From an uncultured bacterium (lineage in GTDB: Bacteria; Armatimonadota; JACIXR01), in assembly GCA_938041455.1 (NCBI GenBank), contig CALITO010000021.1, positions 11,909-75,908 on the forward strand: a stretch of DNA of 64,000 nucleotides, read 5' to 3'. The notes under the pieces are model-generated. The model was given only the letters and a program-made list of their open reading frames with translations, did not search any database and was not told where the DNA came from. Position numbers and translations under genes: made by a program. Every line of letters begins with the position of its first letter. Within the stretch, counting starts at the first letter, position 1. Below are positions 15,656 to 24,982 of the stretch, in pieces.

Positions 15656-16518
15656 GAGAAGGGAAAATATTCGTTCCAACATCCCTTTTGAAGGATATCG
15701 TCTATAAACTCGTCAGGGAGGCGAGTGTTTCTCTTCATCCTCGTTATCTTGAGGAGTTGAGAAGAAGAAAGGAAGAGGAGACCTCTCCTAATGCCCAGTG
15801 GATACTTGACCAACTTCTGAAAAATGTAGAAATCGCAAGGCGAGATAATCTCCCCCTCTGTCAGGATACTGGCTATGTGCTCGTTTTTATCTCCCTAGGA
15901 AAGGGTATCTGCCTTCCCCCGGATGTTCAAACTACCATAGACGAGGCGGTGCGGAAAGTTTATAAGGAAGCTCTTCTCAGAGCTTCTATGGTTTCCCATC
16001 CCTTGCAGAGGCTTAATACAAAAGATAATACCCCTGCGGTGGTCCACATAGAAGAGACTACAGGTGATGGTTTGGAGATAGATGTTATGCTAAAAGGGGG
16101 AGGTTCGGAAAACGCCTCCGCCCTGAAGATGCTTTCACCTGCTGAGGGGGAGAAGGGAATTCGTAGGCTCGTGCTCCAAACTTTGAGAAAAACCGCTTGG
16201 AATGCCTGCCCTCCTCTAATATTAGGGATAGGGATAGGGGGAACGATGGAGAAATCCGCCTATTTAGCAAAGAAAGCCCTTCTCAACTGGGCTAAAGGGA
16301 AGGAGATGGACGATTGGGAGACAAGTTTGATGGAGGACATTAACCGGCTGGGAATTGGACCAGGAGGGGTAGGGGGTAAGCTCACCTGTTTGGGGGTGAG
16401 CATTGAAACCGCTCCCTGCCACATAGCTACCTTGCCAGTTTCTTTGAATGTCCAGTGTTATGCGACGAGGATCACAAGCCTGTGGCTATCCAAAGACGAG
16501 ATAAGAAGAAGGGAATAG
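15652..16518 (+). CDS. Fe-S hydro-lyase, tartrate/fumarate family alpha (catalytic) subunit (class I fumarate hydratase alpha / TtdA-like)
   Basis: 288 aa. The motif [17 protein letters not shown] is characteristic of class I fumarase/L(+)-tartrate dehydratase alpha subunits. No matching beta subunit gene follows. Confidence 0.75.
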   Translation: MREGKIFVPTSLLKDIVYKLVREASVSLHPRYLEELRRRKEEETSPNAQWILDQLLKNVEIARRDNLPLCQDTGYVLVFISLGKGICLPPDVQTTIDEAVRKVYKEALLRASMVSHPLQRLNTKDNTPAVVHIEETTGDGLEIDVMLKGGGSENASALKMLSPAEGEKGIRRLVLQTLRKTAWNACPPLILGIGIGGTMEKSAYLAKKALLNWAKGKEMDDWETSLMEDINRLGIGPGGVGGKLTCLGVSIETAPCHIATLPVSLNVQCYATRITSLWLSKDEIRRRE

Positions 16519-16522
16519 GATT

Positions 16523-17755
16523 TTAAACCCCATTGTGCCTCTCGGAACTCCCTTTTATGCGATATATGTGGACATCATAGGGGCGGAAATCGTCTTCAAA
16601 AAGTCCTTTCACCAAGGGAATTTCTCGCTTTTCTCCTATTACCTCCGCCTTAGCTTTATTAGGAACATTTCTTAGCTGGAAAGAAGCTCTTGTAGGTGCG
16701 TTTCTCATCGCTACAGCGAAGAGATAGGTAGCGCCTCCATACCGCTTAACCATGGTATGGACGGGCACATCAGGGTTTTGGGAACGAACCTCCACCTCGT
16801 CCTTGAGGGAAGGACTATTTAAGATGGGAGCTAATTCCTGAATTTGCTTGTTGATTTGGGTAACCTCGGCAAGCATTTCGGGGTCCTCAAACAAGCCTGC
16901 TTCCACGAATTTCGGCTCAAACTGGTGAACGAAGTATATCAATCCTTGAGAACCGTGCACGAGTGCCATCCATACCTCTGCCTTCACTTGATAAGGTGTG
17001 GGCTTTTTCTCCAAATTGCTTATGCGTGTGCATTCGATACAGTTCCAAACTATTTTCTCTCCATCAGTTGATTTATTCCAATTGACCCAGGAAAAGAGCC
17101 TCATAACTCCCTTAGCAACATACCAAAGGAGGTTTTCATCGTTCAGACCTGCCACCGGATAGACATCGAAGGAGACGATGTCGCAACCTTTCACATATGT
17201 GAAGTAATCGTCGGGATGAGCACCCACCCCTCGTCCTATCCAGGTATCATTAGCGACACCCTGTCCCAAATTGAGGAGGATGGGACGGTCGGGATCGTTC
17301 AATTTCATCTTCTTATAGCGTTCAACGATTTCCTTGGGAGGGACAGGTCCACCATATATCGGATTGCCCTTTGCATCTTTCCCAATTACCTGTGCATTGT
17401 CAGGTTCATCTTGATGCATCCAGCCGACGATTATAGGGTCATCTTTATGACGAAGTCCTACCTCATTCTGCTCACAGATGACCATCATCCCCGCCTTACG
17501 AAGGGTCTCCAATTGTTCTTCCGTTGGTCCCTTCCACAAGCCAACATAAAGATTGAAGCCTGCCTTTTTGTAATGCTCCGCGTTATCGGGATTTTGTAGC
17601 CAAACCGCTACGGGAAAGAAACTAGGGTCCTCTGGGGGTCCTTTCTTCCAGCGGGCGTAGGGGTTGGTGGGCGTTTGTGCTCCGATGGTCAGCAAATATA
17701 CGCCACTTCCCAAGGCAAAAAGCATCACCAAAACAATCGTCCAGTTCATTTTCAT
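16523..17755 (-). CDS. Secreted TIM-barrel glycoside hydrolase-like protein (clan GH-A-like), function unknown
   Basis: There is an N-terminal signal peptide (MKMNWTIVLVMLFALGSGVYLL). VGWMHQDEPDN resembles the NEP acid/base motif of GH5-like enzymes. The start was chosen at the internal Met that begins the signal peptide. Confidence 0.35.
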   Translation of the reverse strand: MKMNWTIVLVMLFALGSGVYLLTIGAQTPTNPYARWKKGPPEDPSFFPVAVWLQNPDNAEHYKKAGFNLYVGLWKGPTEEQLETLRKAGMMVICEQNEVGLRHKDDPIIVGWMHQDEPDNAQVIGKDAKGNPIYGGPVPPKEIVERYKKMKLNDPDRPILLNLGQGVANDTWIGRGVGAHPDDYFTYVKGCDIVSFDVYPVAGLNDENLLWYVAKGVMRLFSWVNWNKSTDGEKIVWNCIECTRISNLEKKPTPYQVKAEVWMALVHGSQGLIYFVHQFEPKFVEAGLFEDPEMLAEVTQINKQIQELAPILNSPSLKDEVEVRSQNPDVPVHTMVKRYGGATYLFAVAMRNAPTRASFQLRNVPNKAKAEVIGEKREIPLVKGLFEDDFRPYDVHIYRIKGSSERHNGV

Positions 17756-17839
17756 CTCGTTCCCCTCCACAATATATTCTAATTCCTTTAATACAAAGCA
17801 ATTGTTAAATAATCAAGCAAAATTAAAATTAAGAAAAAG

Positions 17840-18964
17840 ATGACACCAAGAGAAAGAATTATCTCTGCTTTCAGGGGCACTCCCGATAGAACGCCCCTTT
17901 TTGAGAGGGAGGTCAAATCCCCCAGTGTGAGGGAGATTCTGGGGAAGCCCTCCGCAGTGGATGATTTCCCATACAAGATGGAATTCCTGGAAGCGGGGGA
18001 TTGGGAAGGGTTGATGGAAGAGATGGCAGATGATGCAGTGAAGGTGGCAGAGGTTTGCGGTTTTGATATGATAAGATTGGGTATCAACATTCCCCGGGAT
18101 TACGAGCGTCCAAGAAGGATAGGAAACTCCCTTTGGGAGACGGAAAGTGGGTATATAAAGTATCTGCCTGAATCAGATATGGATATGTTCATCCCTAAGG
18201 AAAAACCTGATGACGAGGAAGAAAATATGAGGCGCTGGCTCCTTGAAGAAGAATTTCAAGAGCCAAAATTTAGCGATGACCAATTTGAATTCTTCAGAAG
18301 AGCTAAAAGAAAGATGGGGGAGCGAGGACTGGACTTAGCAATAATGTGTTCCCTTTACACATTTCCCGTTGCCGTGCTTCCCTCCTATATGCTTGAATGG
18401 TTCCTGAGGGAACCCCAACTTCTCGCCGAGTATTATCGAAGGCAAGCGCTCTGGGCTATGGCAATGGGTAAGAGGTTGATAGAGGAAGGAGCGGATGTCC
18501 TAGGGATAGGGGGAGATTTGGCGAGCGATAAAGGTCCTTTGATTTCGCCCGCTTGCTATAGGGAGGTTCTCCTTCCCGCTGTGAAGATGCTCAGCGATTA
18601 CCTTCATTCCCTCGGTGCCCTTGTGATTCATGCCTCCGATGGCAACCTCTGGCCGATTATAGACGACTTTATCTTAGGGGCAGGAGTGGATGGCTACGAA
18701 GAGATAGACAAAGCGGCGGGGATGGAGATACCGCTCCTGAAGGAGAAATTCGGAGATAGGATAACCCTCGTGGGGAATGTGGATTGCCGGTGGCTTCTCA
18801 CACAAGGGAAACCGGAGGAGGTGAAGCAGGCGGTGAGGAGATGTCTTGATGAAGGAGGAGGGAGAAGACACATATTGATGACGAGCAATGTGATTCACCG
18901 AGGCGTCAAACCGGAGAACTTCATAGCCTATATAGAAGCTTATAGGGAATATTACGGATTATGA
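17840..18964 (+). CDS. Uroporphyrinogen decarboxylase (URO-D) family protein (HemE-like/methyltransferase-like)
   Basis: It has 374 aa and the overall URO-D family architecture. The assignment rests on family-level similarity only. Confidence 0.4.
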   Translation: MTPRERIISAFRGTPDRTPLFEREVKSPSVREILGKPSAVDDFPYKMEFLEAGDWEGLMEEMADDAVKVAEVCGFDMIRLGINIPRDYERPRRIGNSLWETESGYIKYLPESDMDMFIPKEKPDDEEENMRRWLLEEEFQEPKFSDDQFEFFRRAKRKMGERGLDLAIMCSLYTFPVAVLPSYMLEWFLREPQLLAEYYRRQALWAMAMGKRLIEEGADVLGIGGDLASDKGPLISPACYREVLLPAVKMLSDYLHSLGALVIHASDGNLWPIIDDFILGAGVDGYEEIDKAAGMEIPLLKEKFGDRITLVGNVDCRWLLTQGKPEEVKQAVRRCLDEGGGRRHILMTSNVIHRGVKPENFIAYIEAYREYYGL

Positions 18965-18999
18965 AGGTTTTCGTAGTTAACGAATAGTAAAACCTGTTC

Positions 19000-19395
19000 T
19001 CAAACCTCTTCTTTACCCTTGGTAGTTTCCTTGGAACGAATAGTTATCACGGTGTGGACATTGCCCCGAGGCTGGAAATCGGCGATTACCTCTAAGTAAC
19101 GAGGTTTTAGTATGGAGAAAAGAGCATCGTATATCTCGTTGGCAGCAGCTTCATGGGATATGTAGCGAGTGCGATATTTGTTTAGCCAGAGTTTAAGCGA
19201 CTTGAGCTCTATTATGTATTTGTCGGGGATGTAATTTATCCTTATGGTAGCGAAGTCGGGATAACCGCTACGAGGGCAGAGGCAGGTGAACTCTGGAAAG
19301 GTTATACTGATGGTATAGTCCTTCTCGGGAGACGGATTCTCCCAAACTTCCAACTGAGCTTCTTCTATCGCCTTTTCGCCATATCTCTTCTCCAT
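19000..19395 (-). CDS. queF: NADPH-dependent 7-cyano-7-deazaguanine reductase QueF (unimodular type)
   Basis: 131 aa. [23 protein letters not shown] carries the catalytic Cys, and the QueF motif E(L/S)K(S)LKLWL is present. Confidence 0.88.
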   Translation of the reverse strand: MEKRYGEKAIEEAQLEVWENPSPEKDYTISITFPEFTCLCPRSGYPDFATIRINYIPDKYIIELKSLKLWLNKYRTRYISHEAAANEIYDALFSILKPRYLEVIADFQPRGNVHTVITIRSKETTKGKEEV

Positions 19396-19501
19396 ATCAT
19401 ACCTATAATAAATCTTTTTTAGGAAATAAGCAAACGAGGATGCCTTCTATAGAAACCATTTATAATCCTCAACCAAGATATTAAAATTTATAAGCACAAA
19501 A

Positions 19502-21043
19502 ATGAAAAACAGGGGCTTAATGCAATGGTTGCTCTTCTTTTCCTTCGTTCTCTTCTGGGGAGAAGCCCGCTCAGTAAGCGATTTGGAGCACATATTGGGA
19601 GAAGCAACGAAGGAAGCTTTCGCCCTCCACTACGGTTTGAACTTCGAGCCCCTTTTATACAATTGGATAGATAGAGTGGGGAGGAAACTTTCCCAATCGG
19701 CAAATGTAAAGGTTGATTTCTATATCCTGGATACAGACGAGATAAATGCTTACGCTACCCTCGGTAACCTCGTCTTCTTGACCAAGGGGTTATTGAAGAT
19801 TGTGGAGACCGAAGACGAGATAGCCTGTGTCCTCGCTCACGAGGTTGCCCACATAAAGCTCCGACACCCCCAAAAACAAAGCGGGGTTATCGCGCTTTCC
19901 CTTGCCCTTTTATCTTCTATAGATTTAAAAACTGAGGAAAAGCTTCTGGCAAAGGTTCTGCTTGCCCTTGCTAATCTTGGCTTCAGTAGAAGCCAAGAGA
20001 GAGAAGCAGACAAGGTAGGAATGGAGATAGCTTTGAAGAGCGGGTTCAATCCTCAAGGTTTACTAAATTTCTTAAATAGATTGGGAAGGGAAAGAGTTCC
20101 ACCTTGGACCGAATATTTTGCTAGCCATCCCTTACCTTCCCACAGGTTAGAAATTTGTAAAAGGAAACTGGAGACAATCTCTCAAGAGGAGTGGGAGCGG
20201 ATATATCTTTCACTTTGGGAAAGAGGCGAAGCGATGGAAGCACGAAGGTTTGCCCAATTCCAACCTCAACCTCCTCCCTTGGAAGAATCTCCTCCTTCCC
20301 CGATAAGCAGGGAAAAGCTCTCCGCCCTTTGGGAAAGACTTTATAGGATTTATCCTCTTTCAGAGAGGATTTCCCAATGGCAGAGCTCCTTCCTTTTGGC
20401 CCCGCTCCCTTATGAGCTATTTCCCCTCATAGGAGAAGCCATAGCCCAAAACGACCGCCTGAAAGAGCTCTATGCCCAAGCATTACTTTTGTATAATAAT
20501 GTAAATATTTTAATTAATAAACTTGAACAAAAGGATGAAATGGAGAAGGCTTTAGGAGGGTTAATATCTGCCTTGGACAAAGGGGTTAAGGGTGGTGAAA
20601 AGCTTTTGCTCTGCTCAGCATCGCTCGTTGGACTGGCATTTTCAAAATATAGTGAGGAGCTTCCCCTCCTTTCCCTCCAAGCACTCCTCATGGCTTCTGG
20701 ACGGGACATCGCTAAAGCGAAGGGGGAAATACAGGAGGTTAATAATTCGCTACTTCTCCATCAGATAGAATTTCTCGTTCATAGATTGAACAGTTTTGAT
20801 AACGAATGGTTGAGGAGGAAATGCTCCCATAGGTTGGGGACTTCCTTGGAGGGAGAAATGCCCCTGGGCGATTTATGTCTTCTGGAAGGCATCGCTAAAA
20901 CAATGGGAAAACCAAAGATTGATATTGAGAAACTTTGGCACCAAGTATCCAGTGTAGAGGAAATGCTGAGGGTATGTAATCTTACTTTAAGGGAGAAGGA
21001 AGGGCTTTATATCTTCCTTAACTCCTTGGCAAAGGGGAATTGA
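19502..21043 (+). CDS. Secreted M48-family zinc metalloprotease with a ~300-aa C-terminal helical extension
   Basis: It has a signal peptide, the HEXXH motif HEVAHIKLRH preceded by the DTDEINAYAT M48 signature, and a downstream E(R)EADKVG motif. Confidence 0.7.
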   Translation: MKNRGLMQWLLFFSFVLFWGEARSVSDLEHILGEATKEAFALHYGLNFEPLLYNWIDRVGRKLSQSANVKVDFYILDTDEINAYATLGNLVFLTKGLLKIVETEDEIACVLAHEVAHIKLRHPQKQSGVIALSLALLSSIDLKTEEKLLAKVLLALANLGFSRSQEREADKVGMEIALKSGFNPQGLLNFLNRLGRERVPPWTEYFASHPLPSHRLEICKRKLETISQEEWERIYLSLWERGEAMEARRFAQFQPQPPPLEESPPSPISREKLSALWERLYRIYPLSERISQWQSSFLLAPLPYELFPLIGEAIAQNDRLKELYAQALLLYNNVNILINKLEQKDEMEKALGGLISALDKGVKGGEKLLLCSASLVGLAFSKYSEELPLLSLQALLMASGRDIAKAKGEIQEVNNSLLLHQIEFLVHRLNSFDNEWLRRKCSHRLGTSLEGEMPLGDLCLLEGIAKTMGKPKIDIEKLWHQVSSVEEMLRVCNLTLREKEGLYIFLNSLAKGN

Positions 21044-21046
21044 GAT

Positions 21047-22072
21047 ATGAAGGGGATTCTTTTGGCGGGATATTTTGGGATGGGGAATTTAGGCGATGAA
21101 GCGATTTTGGAAGGTGAATTTAAGTATTTAAGAGAAGAACTACCGGGAGCGGAGATAGCGGTGCTATCGGGAAATCCCAAACGGACAAGGGAGAACCTTG
21201 CTTGCCAAAGCTATCATAGAACTGCCTTAAAAGAAGTTATCTCTGCAATCTCTAATTGCCACCTCTTCATCCTCGGAGGCGGTGGACTTCTCCAAGATAT
21301 AACCAGCTTCCGTTCCCTTCTCTATTATCTTTTCCTCTTGGAATTCGCCAAGTGGAGGAGAAAGAAAGTGGCGGTATTCGCGGTGGGTGTAGGGCCGCTG
21401 AGAAGAAGGATAAGCCAACGCTTAGTAGCAAAGGTGCTGCGCAAGGTCGACGCTCTCTCCCTAAGAGACAAAGCCTCCTATGAGTGGGCAAAGCGCTTGG
21501 GGATAGAAAAAGCTTCTCTTTCTGCTGATGCTTCCTTCCTCTTACCACCACCTTCCCCCAGGGAGAGAAAACGGGAGATAGGCATCTCCCTGCGTTCCTG
21601 GAAGGGACTGAATGTCTATAATATAAAGGAATTTCTTAAAAGTGTTAATCAAAAGGGATTCTCTCTTTTCTATCTCGTGTTTAATCCCGCCGATTTGGAG
21701 CTCTCTCTCCTCCTAACTCGTGAAACAGGAGGAAAGTTGGTAGAACCATCGTCTCCCCGGGAGGCTCTAAATCTATTGGCTCAAATGGAAGGCACGATAG
21801 CTATGAGACTTCACAGTGGTATACTATCTGCGATAGCGGGCACACCCTTCCTCGCTATATCTTATGACCCTAAGGTAAAAACTATGGCTGAGGAATTAGG
21901 GCAACCCTCCCTCTCCTTGGAAGCATCTAATATAATGATGAGGGAGACATTGGAAAAGTGGTTCCTTCAAAAAGAAACCTTTCGGTCCCTTTTACCGCAA
22001 AAGTGCTTTGAAATGAAAAAACGCTTGGAAAAAGCGATAGAGAAAATAAAAGTGTTGATGGATACCCCCTAA
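21047..22072 (+). CDS. csaB: Polysaccharide pyruvyl transferase (CsaB-like)
   Basis: The N-terminal LLAGYFGMGNLGDEAIL matches the PS_pyruv_trans family signature (GYYGxxNxGDE). Confidence 0.7.
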   Translation: MKGILLAGYFGMGNLGDEAILEGEFKYLREELPGAEIAVLSGNPKRTRENLACQSYHRTALKEVISAISNCHLFILGGGGLLQDITSFRSLLYYLFLLEFAKWRRKKVAVFAVGVGPLRRRISQRLVAKVLRKVDALSLRDKASYEWAKRLGIEKASLSADASFLLPPPSPRERKREIGISLRSWKGLNVYNIKEFLKSVNQKGFSLFYLVFNPADLELSLLLTRETGGKLVEPSSPREALNLLAQMEGTIAMRLHSGILSAIAGTPFLAISYDPKVKTMAEELGQPSLSLEASNIMMRETLEKWFLQKETFRSLLPQKCFEMKKRLEKAIEKIKVLMDTP

Positions 22073-22145
22073 GATGGTGGAGAAAAAGACGGGAAGTTTC
22101 GGGAAAAGATATCCATCTTGGAGTAGATTGTAGTCCTTACATATG

Positions 22146-22178
22146 TTGACATTTTATTTTTCATTGCTATTATATAAT
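22146..22178 (+). promoter_or_regulatory. Sigma70-like promoter of the polyamine operon (-35 TTGACA 22146-22151, then -10 TATTAT 22168-22173 or TATAAT 22173-22178)
   Basis: Read directly from the sequence. It lies 65-95 nt upstream of the bpsA start. Confidence 0.5.
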
Positions 22179-22185
22179 TTATTGC

Positions 22186-22210
22186 AGGGATACCCCTATA
22201 GGGTATCCCT
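22186..22210. promoter_or_regulatory. Perfect 10-bp inverted repeat AGGGATACCC-ctata-GGGTATCCCT between the promoter and the RBS of the polyamine operon. It could be an operator or a 5'-UTR hairpin.
   Basis: Exact palindromic arms are read from the sequence, and the RBS AAGGAGG follows ~20 nt downstream. Confidence 0.5.
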
Positions 22211-22242
22211 AAAGTTCTATTTTATAAGGAGGTGATGCCCCA

Positions 22243-23301
22243 ATGAGAGATTTGCTTACAGATCTCAAAAAGAGAATGGATATAAGTGAACGAGATTTGG
22301 AGCGGTTAATTTCTGCTTTCCTGTCGACTAGTGATTTCTGGGAGGCTATAGCGGTGAGTCGCCTACCGTTCAATATGGTAGTGGAAATTAGTAAGCACCT
22401 TTACGAAAGGGGCATCATTTTCTTTGAGGACGAGGAGCAGGTCGTTCTAACTGATAAAGGTAAAAGATTGTTTGATTACGGAGTTACTCCCTTAAAAGGA
22501 CATCTATGTCCCAGTTGTGAGGGAAAAGGGATTGACCTCAGGGATTGGAAGGAACTGCTAAAGGTATATGAGGAGACAAAGGAGGGGCGTCCAGAACCGC
22601 TCTTGGAGTATGACCAGGGTTACTTAACGGCGAAATCCGTCATAGAGAGGATAGCCTTTGCAGACGGAAAGGGAGACATAAGGGGTAGGAAGGTGATTGT
22701 ATTGGGCGATGACGACCTATTAAGTATAGCTTTGGGACTAAGCGGATTACCAGAAGGAATAACCGTTCTGGAGGTGGATGAAAGACTGGTGGAGTTTATA
22801 GAAAGAACGGGCAAAAAGAGGGGGCTCAAGATAGAGGTAAGAAAACACGACCTTCGGTACCCCCTTCCAAATGACTTGCTAGGCGAATTTGATACATTTT
22901 TCACCGACCCAGTAGAGACCCTAGAGGGGTTAGGGGTCTTTATTGCGAGGGGCATCGCCTCCTTAAAAGGGGTTGGTAGTGCTGGCTATTTTGGGCTTAC
23001 TACCGCGGAAGCTTCTTTCAGGAAATGGCGGGATATAGAGAAAATGTTAGTGGACAAATTCGGCGTTGTGATAACCGATATCCTTTCCGATTTCTCGATC
23101 TATGAAAATTGGGATTATCTCCTTGAGAGTATAAGGAGGGATTTACCCCCCCTTAACCGAAAGCCAAATGTGCTGTGGTATAAGTCCTCCCTTTTCCGCA
23201 TAGAATTAGTGGAAGGTTATAGGAGTTTTAACGAAGAGGGCAAAGGTGAAATTTACATTGACCAAGAATCAATGGCTTGGATTAGGAGGGAAAAGAATTG
23301 A
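22243..23301 (+). CDS. bpsA: Branched-chain polyamine synthase BpsA-like aminopropyltransferase (DUF43 family)
   Basis: 352 aa. RKVIVLGDDDLLSIALGLSG carries the GDDDLxS signature of the DUF43/BpsA class. The gene is the first of the polyamine operon. Confidence 0.6.
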   Translation: MRDLLTDLKKRMDISERDLERLISAFLSTSDFWEAIAVSRLPFNMVVEISKHLYERGIIFFEDEEQVVLTDKGKRLFDYGVTPLKGHLCPSCEGKGIDLRDWKELLKVYEETKEGRPEPLLEYDQGYLTAKSVIERIAFADGKGDIRGRKVIVLGDDDLLSIALGLSGLPEGITVLEVDERLVEFIERTGKKRGLKIEVRKHDLRYPLPNDLLGEFDTFFTDPVETLEGLGVFIARGIASLKGVGSAGYFGLTTAEASFRKWRDIEKMLVDKFGVVITDILSDFSIYENWDYLLESIRRDLPPLNRKPNVLWYKSSLFRIELVEGYRSFNEEGKGEIYIDQESMAWIRREKN

Positions 23302-23762
23302 AGGGTTTCATACCAAATATGGCTATTCTTACCGCAGGGGCAGATGAGGGAGGTTCGGAATTGAACGCCTTGGATAATGCGCTTTTAAAGGCTGGTATAG
23401 GAAATTTGAATCTCCTCCCCGTTTCCAGTATACTGCCTCCCAAGGCGCAAATAACTTACGAGGTGCCTTTTATAGAAAAGGGCACACTTGTTCCGGTGGT
23501 CTTGGCTAAAATAATAAGCGGGAAGGAAGGTGAGAAGATAGCAGCTGCGATTGCGATAGGGGTAGGGGAAGATTTTGGGGTGATAATGGAGCATACAGGT
23601 AAAGGGGGGAAGGAAGAGATAGAGGGGGAGGCAAGGATTAAGGTAGAGGAGGCCTTCCGAGTAAGGGATATGGAATTTAAGGGCTTGCACACCATTTCCG
23701 TGGAACATACAGTTAAGAAGTTAGGCTGCGCCATCGCAGCCGCCATTCTTTGGTGGAGGTGA
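23298..23762 (+). CDS. pdaD: Pyruvoyl-dependent arginine decarboxylase PdaD (archaeal type)
   Basis: 154 aa. The Ser-Ser self-cleavage site in LLPVSSILPP is present, and the C-terminal ISVEHTVKKLGCAIAAAILWWR closely matches M. jannaschii PdaD (IAVEHTVEKLGCAFAAAALWYK). Confidence 0.85.
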   Translation: MKGFIPNMAILTAGADEGGSELNALDNALLKAGIGNLNLLPVSSILPPKAQITYEVPFIEKGTLVPVVLAKIISGKEGEKIAAAIAIGVGEDFGVIMEHTGKGGKEEIEGEARIKVEEAFRVRDMEFKGLHTISVEHTVKKLGCAIAAAILWWR

Positions 23763-23769
23763 TGGTTTT

Positions 23770-24126
23770 ATGGAGATGAAAAGTGTCGGAAGACACCTTG
23801 TCGTCGAGCTCTGGCATTGCCAGGAGCTCGACGACTCCCAAAAGTGTGAAGAGACGCTTAGAGAAGCGGTAAGACGAGCAGGTGCTACACTCTTAGACTT
23901 GAAGGTCCACCGCTTCAATCCCCATGGTCTGACGGGCATAGCAATAATCGCCGAGTCCCACATCTCCGTTCATACTTGGCCGGAGTTGAGCTATGCTGCT
24001 GTAGACATCTTTACCTGTGGAGATAAGGTGGACCCTGTTCGCGCCGTGGAACCTTTTGTGGAATGGCTTAAGCCCAAGCAGACGCAGATGCTCGAGATTC
24101 GCCGGGGTGTTATGAGAAATGGATGA
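23770..24126 (+). CDS. speH: S-adenosylmethionine decarboxylase proenzyme (small SpeH/SpeD class)
   Basis: 118 aa. GRHLVVELW...IAIIAESHISVHTWPE carries the E-S pyruvoyl processing site. Confidence 0.88.
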   Translation: MEMKSVGRHLVVELWHCQELDDSQKCEETLREAVRRAGATLLDLKVHRFNPHGLTGIAIIAESHISVHTWPELSYAAVDIFTCGDKVDPVRAVEPFVEWLKPKQTQMLEIRRGVMRNG

Positions 24127-24982
24127 TGACTGGTTAGAGGAGAGATTAAATAATTACGGGCAGAGATATAGAATAAAAAAACTCCTCTATAAAGAGAGGT
24201 CTCCCTTCCAGGAGATAGAAGTAGTGGAGACCTGGGACTGGGGAGCTATGCTCCTTTTGGATGGAGCAGTGCAAACGACAGAAAGGGATGAGTTCATATA
24301 TCACGAGATGCTTGTCCATCCTCCTTTGTTGCTTCACCCTGCCCCCAGGAAGGTTTTAATAGTAGGAGGAGGAGATGGAGGGGTTTTACGCCACTCCCTT
24401 CAACACCCCGTGGAGGAAATCTATATGGTGGAAATAGACGAGAAGGTGCTGGAGGTTTGCGAGAAATATATGCCCTCTATAGCAGGTGATTCTTTAAGGG
24501 ATGAAAGGGCAAGGGTATTAATAGAGGATGGCTTCGCCTTTTTGGAAGAAGGTGGTCTTAAATTTGATATAATAATCGTTGACTCCACTGACCCCATAGG
24601 AGAAGCCAAAAAGCTCTTTTCCAGGCGCTTCTATCAACTCGCCTATAACGCTTTGGAGAAGAACGGCATACTGGTCACCCAAAGCGGTTCTCTTTTCTAT
24701 CAACCCCAGCTCCTCAGGGATGTTTATTATAAGCTTTCGTCTCTTTTCCCTCACTTGGCTGTGATCATGATGCTCGTTCCCACTTATCCCGGCGTCGTAT
24801 GGACAGCAACCCTGGGAAGCAAACTTTATGACCCCTTCCAGCTCACCCCTGAGGAATGGCTACAAAGAGCAAAAGAAAGAAAACTTTCTCCTAAATATTG
24901 GACTGCCAAATTACAATTCTTCCCCCAAAACTTTCCCCTCCTTCAAAAAGTTCTGCAAGGGGGAACTCCTTTTGCCTCTTAA
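24119..24982 (+). CDS. speE: Spermidine synthase / polyamine aminopropyltransferase SpeE
   Basis: VLIVGGGDGGVLR, DIIIVDSTDPIG and the tetramerisation N-terminus are present. Confidence 0.9.
   Translation: MDDDWLEERLNNYGQRYRIKKLLYKERSPFQEIEVVETWDWGAMLLLDGAVQTTERDEFIYHEMLVHPPLLLHPAPRKVLIVGGGDGGVLRHSLQHPVEEIYMVEIDEKVLEVCEKYMPSIAGDSLRDERARVLIEDGFAFLEEGGLKFDIIIVDSTDPIGEAKKLFSRRFYQLAYNALEKNGILVTQSGSLFYQPQLLRDVYYKLSSLFPHLAVIMMLVPTYPGVVWTATLGSKLYDPFQLTPEEWLQRAKERKLSPKYWTAKLQFFPQNFPLLQKVLQGGTPFAS

Noticed and set aside
19396-19501. Possible preQ1 riboswitch upstream of queF
   Set aside because: A GAGGAT…ATCCTC hairpin and an A-rich tail (CCTAAAAAAGA) are present. However, the loop is ~23 nt, far larger than the preQ1-I consensus, and the conserved loop nucleotides are not evident. 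A covariance-model search would settle it.
24828-24971. N-terminal 48 residues of the ORF-track speB call
   Set aside because: This is the alternative frame of the speE 3' end, overlapping it by 155 nt. The conserved agmatinase N-terminus starts after a TTG at 24972, which has a proper RBS.
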